Positions 52,858 to 64,000 of a stretch of DNA of 64,000 bases are shown here, one piece after another; the stretch's first letter is position 1; every line of letters begins with the position of its first letter. The notes below the pieces were generated by a model. That model was not told the origin of the DNA and did not search any database. It saw only the letters and a program-made list of their open reading frames with translations. A program made the position numbers and the translations under genes. The stretch spans positions 166,594,001-166,658,000 of the forward strand of contig OX597814.1 of NCBI GenBank assembly GCA_951406725.2, given 5' to 3'. The DNA is from Octopus vulgaris (lineage: Eukaryota).

Positions 52858-53253
52858 CATCATTATTATTATTATTATTAACACAGTGAACTGGCAGAAT
52901 CATTAGCACGCGGGGCGAACTGCTTAACAGTATTTTGTCTGTTGTTACATTCTGAGTTCAAATTTTGCCGAGGTTGACTTTGCCTTTCATCCATTTGAAG
53001 TCGATAAATTAAGTACCAGTGAAACACTTGTAGGCCGGGGGGGGTTTCGAAGAAATTGACTAGTCCCCTTCCCCAAAATTTCATGGTTTTGTGCCTTCAG
53101 TAGAAAGGATTATTATTATTATTGTTATTATTATTATTCTTTTATATTCTAAGCACAAGGCCTGAAATTTGGGGGGAGGGCGCCAGTCGATTAGATCGAC
53201 CCCAGTATGCAACTGGTACTTAATTTATCGACACCGAAAGGATGAAAGGCAAA

Positions 53254-53287
<34 letters not shown>

Positions 53288-53540
53288 TTTAAGGTGGTTA
53301 GCTGGTTGAAGCATTAGCACACAGGGTGATATGCTTAGCAGTATTTCGTCTGCTGCTACGTTCTGAGTTCAAATTCCACCAAGGCTGAATTTACCTTTCA
53401 TCCTTTAGGGTCAATTAAATAAGTACCAGTGGAGCACTGGGGTTGATGTAATTGACTAACCCCATCTCCTGAATTTCAGGCCTTGTCAAACTCTCCAACC
53501 CACAACAGCAAGGAAGATGGATGTTAAATGATGATGATGA

Positions 53541-53575
<35 letters not shown>

Positions 53576-53638
53576 AGTTGAACCGTCCAACCCATGCTAG
53601 CATGGAAAGCGGACGCTAAACGATGATGATGATGATGA

Positions 53639-53675
<37 letters not shown>

Positions 53676-53841
53676 ACAATTGAGGGTAAAATTAATTAAT
53701 TATTAATCAATTTCACCAAGTGTTCAGTATGCAAAGGGACCATTTAAGGCGAATTCAAATTATTACATTATATAAAAGGGCTTAGTAAAATAAATTACTT
53801 TGCCGCATACTGATATATTATATATATATATATATATATAC

Positions 53842-54310
53842 GAGGGAGGGAGTATGTGTTTCGTATTTCTTCCTCGGGCAAAATTCTTTCCATGTACATA
53901 TGGACCAGTTTTTCTTTCAAGCGTGTATTAAAGATATAACTTTTTGAATTTAATCTGTTTTGTGAAGGATTTTAAATATTTTATCAGTTATTTCAGTTTG
54001 GAACAATCGCATTCCTAAATCTATTAATGCTCGAATACCTTCATTGTCCGATCATCTGAATGGAATGATAACTGTATGAGCATGTCTTCCACACACTTTG
54101 CAATTGGTCATGCAGCATCATGGGAATATTCTTGTAACTGATATAATCATCAATGCCAGATATAATACTGTGCAATGATAATAAGCTTCTGATAGAAGTC
54201 ATGGTTTATTTCACATGTGCTGTATCTGTGAGTTGATTTTTGATTTGTGTTTTGCTATTAATAAAGCTTCCATTGTAAATGTCCTTACATTTGTTAATTT
54301 ATATTCATTT
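53842..54310 (-). mobile_element. Penelope-like element 3' fragment (GIY-YIG C-terminus plus degenerate hammerhead)
   Basis: Minus-strand NVRTFTMEALLIAKHKSKINSQ-stop resembles the E-x-x-x-I...P-x-L-N end of GIY-YIG endonucleases. Downstream cattcc..CAGATGA tcggac..ggaatg resembles a decayed hammerhead. Ends in (TA)n. Confidence 0.5.
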
Positions 54311-55986
54311 TATTTTCGAATGTTATATATGATGGTAGTGCAATCAGCTAATGATTTTTCTATCTAATTTTGCTCCTTCATCATCTTTATCACCACCACT
54401 ACCACCACCACTATTGTCATCATCACCATTGTTTTATGTCCATTTTCCAAACTGGTATGAGTATGATGATGATGATGATGATCATCATCATCATCATCAT
54501 TGTTTAACGTCCGTTTTCCATGCTAGCATGGGTTGGACGGTTCGACTGGGGTCTGGGAAGCCAGGAGGCTGCACCAGGCTCCAGTCTGATCTGGCAGTGT
54601 TTCTACAGCTAGTTGCCCTTCCTAACGCCAACCACTCCGTGAGTGTAGTGGGTGCTTTTTACGTGCCACCTGCACGGAAGCGAGTCAAGGCGGCGCTGGC
54701 ATTGACCACATATGGATGGCACTTTTTAGGTGTCAGGGTAGGTTGGCAACGGCCACGATCGGTTGGTTCTTTTTACGTGCCACCGGCACAGGTGCCAGGG
54801 GAGGCTGACAACGGTTGGTGCTTTATCGTGCCAGATGTATATATACATATATATGTAGGTCGTGAGTTCAATTCCTAGCAATGCATTGTGTCCTTGAGCA
54901 AGACACTTTATTTTTTCATGCCCAGTCAGCTGGCAAAGATGAGTAGTACCTGTGTTTCAAAGGGCCAGCCTCGTCACACTCTTTGTCCCGCTGAATCTCC
55001 CTGAGAACTATGTTAAGAGTATACGTGTCTGTGGAATGCTTAGCCACTTGCATGTTAATTTCATGAAGATGATCCGTTGATCATATTAGCTGGGAGCATC
55101 ATCGTCATAATGAACGTAGTACTTCTTACATATATATATAAATATATATATATATGGATTGATTTTCGTCATTTTTCCTCTTTGCCTGCGTAGATTGTTT
55201 TCAAGTACTTTGGTTTTTCTGGGAGCCCCTTTTAAAGTAGAGGGAATAGCTACGATTTTTTGACTGTTATTTCTAAACTTTGGAATGTGGTGAAGCAAAT
55301 CTTTGCTGAACCCTAATTATAAAGTATATATATGTATATGTATACCTATATACGTACATATATATATATATATATACATACACATACATATATATGCATA
55401 TATATACATACATATACATATATATACATATATTTATATATACATACATATATATATATACATTTATATATACATATATATATATATGTATGTATGTATG
55501 TATGTATAGAGTATTTGAAGTGGTGTACAAATATTGTATATTGAGAAAAAGGAGGCAGTTAAAATTTTGGATAATTTGTCATATACATGCGTGTGTGTGT
55601 GTGTGTGCGTGCATGTGTATGTATGTGTGTGTATATATATATATAGTCCAATCCATGCCAGCATGGACAATGGACATTATATGATGATGATGATATTCCC
55701 CTCTCAGATTCACACCCTTATTGCAGTGGTCCTTCAGCTTTGTGAAGAATTGTAAAAGAACCTTAAAACCAGGAACTTTTCAACACCCCTACTATAGCCT
55801 TGGGCCAACCAAATCCTTGTTAGTAGATTTGGTAGATGGAAACTCAAAAAAAGCCTCTGTGTGTGTGTATATATATACAACAGGAAATAATTGTCTCTTT
55901 TTGTGGAAACAAAAGGGTTTATAGGACAACAAAAATGAAGTACTTAAGTGTAAATGAGACAAATATATGACCAATGTTTCTTTATA

Positions 55987-56065
<79 letters not shown>

Positions 56066-56170
56066 ATATAGTTATGTCCATGTGTATTTCTGCCAATGTT
56101 CATCCCTCCAGCACTGCTTGACAAAGCAGTGTTCCAGCATGGCCAAAGTCAAATGACTGAAACAAGTAAA

Positions 56171-56232
<62 letters not shown>

Positions 56233-56235
<3 letters not shown>

Positions 56236-56452
56236 TAATCGGTGGACGCATGCAGTTGTGAAGTGGTACCCGCGTGAGTGGAAAAGACCACCTGGAAGAC
56301 CTCCACGACGGTGGAGTTACGATTTCAGGGGGACGATTGGGATCACGTGGATGAGAAAGGCGCGATCCAGAGAGGAGTGGACAGCGTGCTGTGACCAGCG
56401 GTGTCAAATGGACGCCTGACGGACTGGTTGGTCAAGGTGAAGGTGAAGGTGA
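56233..56452 (+). mobile_element. Young RTE-clade LINE 3' end
   Basis: NRWTHAVVKWYPREWKRPPGRPPRRWSYD..WMRKARSREEW-stop, CpG-rich, (AGGTGA)n tail, inserted in (TA)n. Confidence 0.85.
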
Positions 56453-58564
56453 TATGTACATATATATATGTATATATGTGTGCTTGTACATTATACACAC
56501 AAACAAAGATGTAGTAACATGCAAACATTCAGAATATATATTCAAATACATCATGTTTATGTATGCATGTATGTATAAGTATATATATGTTTGTATGACA
56601 GATGGCAGGAAGACAGATGTACTAACCGATCCTATAAATTTGTACGCTCTTCACATTACAGGAAAAAATAGATTACCAATAATTGATTTAAAAATAAAAT
56701 TAGTCTCCTAATTTTCAAATGAATAAAACTTACGCACTACTTAAAAGAAAGCAGCAACAAAAAAAGATAAAGGGAGGAAGAGAAAATGAAGAGAGAAAGA
56801 GACTAATCTCGAATTATCTGTCTTTGCAATAAGTAAAGCAAAGCCAAAAAAAAAAAAACTAAAAAAACAACAACAAACTAAATTATTGGACTAACAAATA
56901 TTTACACAGTTCTGTGACAATAAAACTCATTAAAACCAGGCAGGAGGAGCATGAATGAGAAAAGAAATTATATCTCACCTATATATTGTGACTGAATTTT
57001 TGCAGAATCTGTAGCATAGATAATTATTACAATTTTTTCCATTCATCATTGCTTACATTATTTCTTTATCTAATTCTTTCACTGCTTGCTAGTTCTTTTT
57101 TTTTTCTGTTTTTAAGCTTTTTTATATCAGTCTGGACACCCCCGCCTTATCTTCTTTCACCTAAACATGTTTATCTCAGCATAGATACATTTCTCCTCTT
57201 TAACAGTTCTTGGTCAGCCTCCAATGCTATATATAAACATTTCAGCAATATCTCTATAAAGAGAGTAACAGTATGATTGTTGTTGTTGTTGGTATTCTTT
57301 ATTTTTATTATTTTTGTCATTCTTATTTGCTGGGTTTTTGTTTTTAAAACTATAAAGATGTATTTAGGTAGAATCAATTAATTTCAGATGTGACTGATTT
57401 GATTTGACCAAAAGGAAACTAGGACTCAGTCCTTAATGTAGCAGAACAATCAGTTTATTTATTTATTAATTTATTTACTCTAATATATTTCAATAGGCAA
57501 TAAGTTTGCGTCAAGTCAACTGTAAACAACGAAATTATATTTGCAGGTGTCTGTAGGTGTGTATGTATGCGTATGTGAGTTGTGTAGGTGTGTATTTTTC
57601 TGCATACACATGAATATATCTATATAACTGTGTGAGATATTAGAGATAAGAAATAATAATAAAAATCATTCTTTCTACTAATAGGCATAAGGCCAAAATT
57701 TGGTGGAGGGGGCGAGGCTAAGTGATTACATCAACCCCAGTGCTTAACTGGTACTTATTTTATTGACTCCCAAAAGGATGGCAAGCAAAGTCAACCTCTG
57801 TAGAATTTGAACTTAGAATGTAAAGACCAGCAAAGTGCCACAAAGCATTTTGCTCAGTGTGCTAACACTTTATAATAATAATGATGATGATGGTGGTGGT
57901 GGTGGTGGTGATGGTTGTGGTGGTGGTGGTGGTGATGGTGGTGGTGGTGGTGGTGGTGGTGGTGGTGATGATGATCCTTTCTACTAGAGGAACAAGGCCT
58001 GAAATTTTAGGGGACGGGTCTAGTCAATTACATCAATCACAGTATTCAACTGGTACTTATTTTATCAACCCTGAAAGGATGAAAGTCAAAGTTGACCTTG
58101 GCAGAATTTGAATTCAGAATGTGCAGATGGACAAAATACCACTAAGCATTTTGTCTGGCATGCTAATTATCCAGCCAGTTTGCTGCCTTTGTAATAATAA
58201 TAACAAAACTATGATCATAAACTGTCTTTTCTTTCAAACACTGCTATATATCTATATATTAGCTGTTCCCAGCTCTGTATGTGAACACATAAAAAATGCA
58301 ATCCTCTTGATATAGGAGTACCTCAAACTTGAGCCAATCAAAGAACCTCAACTTGACCAAAGGCACAAGCCCTCACCCAAGTATTGTTCTCCAAACTACA
58401 GGTTCGTGCTTAGAGTAGGTCCATTTATTTTAGCCATTTTTGTCACAGCCACCAACATTTTGACAAATTCACTACAAGAGAGCACTTCCCTCTCCACATT
58501 CACTTTCCAAGTGGAACTTAAAACAGTCATTGAGGACTTGACTGGAAAGGAAGGTGCCTCTCCT

Positions 58565-58781
58565 CAACACAACCTCTTTCACAACAGCTTTGTCCACAAC
58601 ACAACCTCTTTCACAACAGCTTTGTCCACAACACAACCTCTTTTACAACAGCTTTGTCCACAACACAACCTCTTTCACAACAGCTTTGTCCACAACACAA
58701 CCTCTTTCACAAAAGCTTTGTCCACAACACAACCTCTTTCACAAAAGCTTTGTCCACAACACAACCTCTTTCACCACAGCT
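58565..58781. repeat. 32-bp minisatellite, ~6.7 copies
   Basis: Unit caacacaacctctttcacaacagctttgtcca, near-identical copies. Confidence 0.95.
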
Positions 58782-61257
58782 ACTAGACAGAGGAACTGCT
58801 CTACATTGTTCAAAGTGAATAATGGGGTAATCCTCATGATAGACTTGTCCAAGTTAGGTTTGTCCCACACACTACAACAGCTGTTTGACAAAACTCCATA
58901 TGTTAGCAATGCTCAGACACTGCACAAGTGCAAACAGTACTGTACAGTTGGAGATCAAAGTGATGCTCTAATTCTTCTGCAAGGATGTGATTATGATACA
59001 GTTGAGAACTGAAGTATGAAAGTTAAAGAATGTTATTTTCATTCCAGAGAACAGGATACAGCAACATCCTTTAAAGCCAGTATTTCCAATTTTTCTCACT
59101 TCCATTAATTTCCGAGGTGTTGATGGAGACAATTACCAATGACTGCCTCAAAGCTATTTCCTGCCTCAGTCCTTTTTATCTTGGAAATCATTGTGTAGTC
59201 AAGCTTGTTGCACTAAATATTAACTATTACATTAGCTAATTGCAGATTACAAACAAACCACCTGGATTACAGCCAAAAATAATTTCCTTGATTCTCAAGA
59301 GCTTTCTGACTTGTACTATATTACATATATTATTAGTGATCTATGTCTATTTTACTTCTGTACTCACCATTTCTGGTGTCCACCACTCTTCCTTCTCTTC
59401 ATCAATGATCCCCTGTGAACTTTATCAAATTTAGATGTACTCATCATCATCATCATTATCATCATCGCATAACATTCAGTGTTCCATGCTTGCATGAGCC
59501 AGACAGAGTTGGTGGAGGTAGATTTTCTGTGGCCGGATGCCCTACCTGTTGTCAGCTCTTATAGTTTCCAAGCAAGGTAATATTTTCTCATAGCTAGGCA
59601 TGTTTTCCATGGAAGAAAGGAAACAAATAACCTCTCTTGTATGATGGCAAGTCATTTACAACCATCACAAATTGTCTACACAAGGTACACATATTCACAC
59701 ACATACACACACAATAATTTCATTAGGGTATGTAACACTGGTGTTTACAGTATTAAGCTCATCCATGGATACTGACTATCAGATGAAGCTGTAAACTTGA
59801 AATTGTTTGTTCTACCAAACAAATGTCTGAAAATCCAAAAGTATACATAGAGTTTTTATAGTGATAAATAAAAAGAATGGAGTGAGCATGTCATTTTACT
59901 ACTTCAATTTACAATTGTTTCATCTTAGTTCAGTACAATCAATCTTACAACATTATGTAATAATTCATGCAACTATTGATTACTTTCCATGTGCTATTTC
60001 GGGTAACTTTAATAACACATGCTGAATAAGATCCTTCAGAAATGCTTATAAAATAATATATATGCATATGTGATGGGTTCCTTTCAGTTTCTTAATTCCA
60101 AATCTACTAACGAGGTTTTGGTCAGCCCAGGGCTATAGAGACTGAACCCAAAAACCATATGATTGAGAAGCTTCTTAATCTCACATCCACCTCTATACCT
60201 AATAGAGTGTAGTCAATTTAGTCAAACTCAGTACTTCGCTAGTATTTATTTTATCAACTCTGGAGAGATGAAAGGTAAATATCAACATTAATGGGATATG
60301 AACTCAGAACATAATGAAATGTGATAAATAACACCTGACAGCTCTGTGATCCTCCTTATCCATACTGTAATAAACACCACTACGTGCTGTTTACAAATTT
60401 TGCTTAACAAAAGGATCTAAGAATTTCTATATCTCCTCCTCAGGTTCATGATTCTGAGTCTGTTTGGTCTTCAGTTTAAAATCCTCCACTTTCTCTCTGT
60501 ACACTCAATTCCATGCTAAATCAACTGATAAAATAATATTGACACAAGGCCTGAGATTTGGAAGGAACTGAGGAAGATAGACAATTATATTGACCACAAT
60601 ACACAACTGGTACTTTATTTTATCTACCTCAGAGGATTGAAGGGCAAAGTTGAAAAATGCCAGGTCTTATGTGACACTGACATTCTCATTAACAGGGATC
60701 TGCTATGTGACCTTTAACAAGGATCTAGTAACATTAACAATATCTAAAATGTAAGTATTTCCAAATGAAAGAAAAACACATCACCACCTCCAACCACAGA
60801 CTTCATATCCTTTAATAGTCATACAACATTCTTTCTAAGGCTTATAGATTTATGAAGCTGATGAAACTCTATCAAACACAAATATACTCAAAATTAGAGA
60901 AATGATCTCATATCTGAGATGGTACATCACCTTTTAATTCAAGCATCTTACAACATCACTCACAGAAGCTAATTAATCTGATTGAGAATTCTTCCCTCAT
61001 TGACAACCTTTCTATTCTTACACATCAACATAGTGGATTTAATTTTTTTTTTATCACATCAGACCCTATTCTTCAAAACTTGTTGCCAGCCATTTATTTC
61101 AACTCAAAAATGTTTGATGCACACAGCACTTTGCTTTGCAACATCTAATCCAGTGCTTCTCAATTTGGGTGATACCAACCTCTGGGAGTAGAGAAAATTT
61201 TAAATGGGTAATGAAAACAAAATAAAGGTGGTGGAGCAATAGATGCAATTTTCTGTT

Positions 61258-61548
61258 ATTCTTTTATTCTTTTAATTGTTTCAGTCACTTGATTGACTGC
61301 AGCCATGCTGGAGCACCGCCTTCAATGATTTTAGTCAAACAGTTTTACCCAGGACTTATTTTTTAAGCCTACTACTTATTCTATTAATCGCTTTTGCTGA
61401 AGCACTAAGTTATGGGGACATAAACGCACCAACACCAATTGTCGAGCAGTGATGGGGGACAAACACAAACACACACACTCAGATACATACATACATACAT
61501 ACATACACACACACATATGATGAGATTCTTTCAGTTTCTGTCAACCAA

Positions 61549-61585
<37 letters not shown>

Positions 61586-61690
61586 CGATGGACTTCTTTC
61601 AGTTTTTGTAAACCAAATCTAGCCCGAGGCTACAGAAGACACTTGCCCAAAGTACCATGCAGGCTTCTTGCCCCACAGCCATGCCTGCAT
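61258..61690 (-). mobile_element. SINE family A (diverged)
   Basis: Reverse copy with partial internal duplication. Confidence 0.7.
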
Positions 61691-61835
61691 GGTTGTATAT
61701 TTTTTTCAGTCTTTGTCCCTTATTTAAATATTAATGCGTAAAATACTTTTAAATGTTAACATTAAAAATTGCCTGCAAACCACTATCACAACAATAACAA
61801 TGACATCATCAACAATAATAACAAACTTGAAAATA

Positions 61836-62058
61836 CTACATTATTTACATTCGACAGATATTTGTCCTCATCTTGTTTGTTGTTAACACAATGTTTTGGC
61901 TGACATATCCTCCAGCCTTCTTCAAGTGTCTTGATGCACACAGCACTTTGCTTTGCAACATCTAATCCAGTGCTTCTCAAATTGGGTGATACCAACCTCT
62001 CGAATATCCGTCGAATGTAAATAATGTACATAATTCCTCATCTCTTAAATATAGAATT
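61836..62058. mobile_element. Fold-back Penelope-like remnant with a captured 70-bp local duplicate
   Basis: Homologous to 35682-35877, with a mutated hammerhead core on the minus strand. 61931-62000 duplicates 61114-61183. Confidence 0.6.
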
Positions 62059-62376
62059 GAAAATGCTATTAAATTAAATAAACAAAACTAAATATATACC
62101 ATCTATACATACAAATTATAAAGAATAAGCTAAAATATAATTTAAAAGGTACTAGCAAAATTCATAGCTATTTCCATACATGCAATAAAGACAGCCACTG
62201 CACTGTGGTGTTGGGTAATATCCTGACTTGTGTATATAATAATAATATGCACATGCTTGAATGCCTTCAAATTTAGCAATGAATGTCTTCTGTGATATGC
62301 AGTCCCCTAGTTACTATATATCACACAGTGATACATAATCAGTAGGGGGTTGAAACAAAATTTCTCTGGCCTGATA

Positions 62377-62675
62377 TCTTTATATATAAAAGTGAAGTTG
62401 TGTGTCTGTCTCCTATGATTTAGATTCCTAACTACTCCCACATTTTGCGGTGCAGTTTAACCAAAACCGGGTACCTTATAGTCGTGATTCATATCGAGCC
62501 CTTCTGGGTATTAGCGCGCGTCTACAATGAGTCTACGATTTAAAAAAAAATTTACCATTATTTTTTCCCATTTTGAATGCATTTTTTTGCTATTATATAA
62601 GGGAAGTAACTCTCTAAAAATGCTTATATAGTTATTTCCCTTACAAACCCGAGCAACGCCGGGCGATACTGCTAG
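62377..62675 (+). mobile_element. Non-autonomous Helitron
   Basis: A|TCTTTATATATAAAA start, cccgagcaacgccggg hairpin, CTAG|T end. Confidence 0.8.
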
Positions 62676-63032
62676 TTACACATAAGTACATTAAAAAAAA
62701 GAGGCTTCAATCATAGCAAGGGGATATTGGAAAAAAGTTATAGTTCAAAAAGTTTGAAAAGCTTTGATCTAAACCATATACATCTTTCAAGACCAATGTC
62801 AAATACCACATGCGGATATTGATTTTAAAAAATACCTTACAACAGAACTCACTACTTTACGTGTATACTACGAATAATATATTCAAAATATTTTGAATAT
62901 AATTCAAAATCAAATCATTTTTACTCAATATCTACTTATTTCAAATCAGATAGGATTCAGATCAAACAGCATTGTCCAAACTCTTGTAATATTGAAAAAT
63001 TGATACCAAAAGAATTTCAACTTTATTATAAA

Positions 63033-63619
63033 CTAGCAGTATCGCCTGGCATTGCTCAGGTTTGTTTCGACCCTTTAGTATTGGAATTTTTGAAAAGTAA
63101 AAATTTTGCATTATGTAGCTTGTTATTCTCTTTAAGTGAACATTTTTCTGGTTGAAATACACCAAAAAAATGGTGACACAGCAGTCAAAAAATCGTAAAA
63201 ATAGGAATTTTCATAGAAAAAAAGCACCTTTTTGATGTAAATAATTTTTGGTGTTAACATGGTCTAAGGAAGGAAGAGCAAGCCTTCTTCTATCATACTC
63301 TCAATTTTGGTCAACTTGCGCCACAGGGTCTCGAAGGAGATAGTGTTACTTGAAGGCTACCAAACCTGCTATACACATCATCATCATTGTTCGACTGTGG
63401 TCGAGACAATGGAATTTACTATGTTACACCAGACTTCACGGTCCATCATAGCATTATGGAGGTCCTGTTGCTGGATGCCTGTATCCCTGGAGATTACATC
63501 AGAGTAGGAGAGAGTGCGCCCTCTGGTATCGCGAGCAGATGGCTTCCAGAGGAGAAAGTAGGGATTACCTCATTTTCAGCTGCCATACACAGACAACTTC
63601 AGCTTTATATATATAGAGA
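63033..63619 (-). mobile_element. Non-autonomous Helitron carrying a LINE 3' fragment
   Basis: Minus-strand TCTCTATATATATAAA start and the same 3' end as 62377-62675 (..gcgatactgCTAG). Confidence 0.75.
63375..63562 (-). mobile_element. RTE-like LINE 3' end
   Basis: TFLLWKPSARDTRGRTLSYSDVISRDTGIQQQDLHNAMMDREVWCNIV..-stop followed by a (GAT)n tail. Confidence 0.7.
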
Positions 63620-64000
63620 TTAAGTCTTCTGACACCAACCTGCCAGTAACTGCCTGTGGTTTATGATACAAAAATTCATTTTAAAATGTTCATATCTAAA
63701 TTTTTTAAATTCCTTCATAATTTTATGAAAGAACCCATTTTGTTATGTTCTAAACTCTAACTTATATTGAAAAAGGTAGGTAAATGACAATTTAACTGTA
63801 AATTCTTCGTTATATTCAAAATCAATTTCAACACACAAGCATGTTTCACAGGAAATACAGATATCACCATCATTTAACATGTTTTCCATGCTGGCATGGG
63901 TTGGATGGTTTGACAGAAGCTGGAGAGCCACAGAGTTGTGTCAAGTGTCAATGTCAGCTTTCATATGCTTTTTATGGTTTGGTATCCTTCCTAAAGCAAA

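Larger units (their letters stand above)
61151..62766. mobile_element. Old hAT-like non-autonomous element hosting nested insertions
   Basis: Left end cagtgcttctcaa, right end tttgaaaagctttg, flanking 8-mers atctaatc / atctaaac (TSD-like). Contains a SINE, a Penelope-like remnant and a Helitron. Confidence 0.45.

Noticed and set aside
53930-54130. Minus-strand frame with two TGA codons read as Trp (alternative code or organellar insert)
   Set aside because: Better explained as the non-coding 3' region of a Penelope-like element downstream of a GIY-YIG-like end; no recognisable protein.
58406-59012. 126-aa and 152-aa repetitive ORFs
   Set aside because: They are open only because the 32-bp unit lacks stops; the period is not a multiple of 3.

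Overview
AT-rich, microsatellite- and retroposon-dense eukaryotic DNA; the SINE/RTE/Penelope repeat complement suggests an octopus (coleoid cephalopod) genome, which is an inference. One protein-coding gene is supported, on the minus strand. It has a 2.6 kb exon (CDS 42199-39673) encoding four dispersed C2H2/matrin-type zinc fingers and Q/S/N-rich linkers. Across a ~35.5 kb GT-AG intron this splices in phase to a 169-nt exon (4163-3995) that the ORF track missed. The joined peptide aligns by eye with the RFX winged-helix DNA-binding domain, and the small exon ends at a U12-type (minor spliceosome, AT-AC class) donor, ATATCCTTT. The final exon was not found and probably lies left of the window. 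The rest is intron/upstream DNA filled with tRNA-derived SINEs, 3' ends of RTE, CR1-like, R4/Dong-like and Tx1-like LINEs, decayed mariners, MITEs and non-autonomous Helitrons. Penelope-like remnants carry type I hammerhead ribozyme motifs from several distinct families, including a G3:C8 compensatory-core variant and a recurrent A6U variant. Several of these sit in fold-back palindromes or next to DNA copied from nearby flanks. All calls were made by eye; no database search or folding computation was run.
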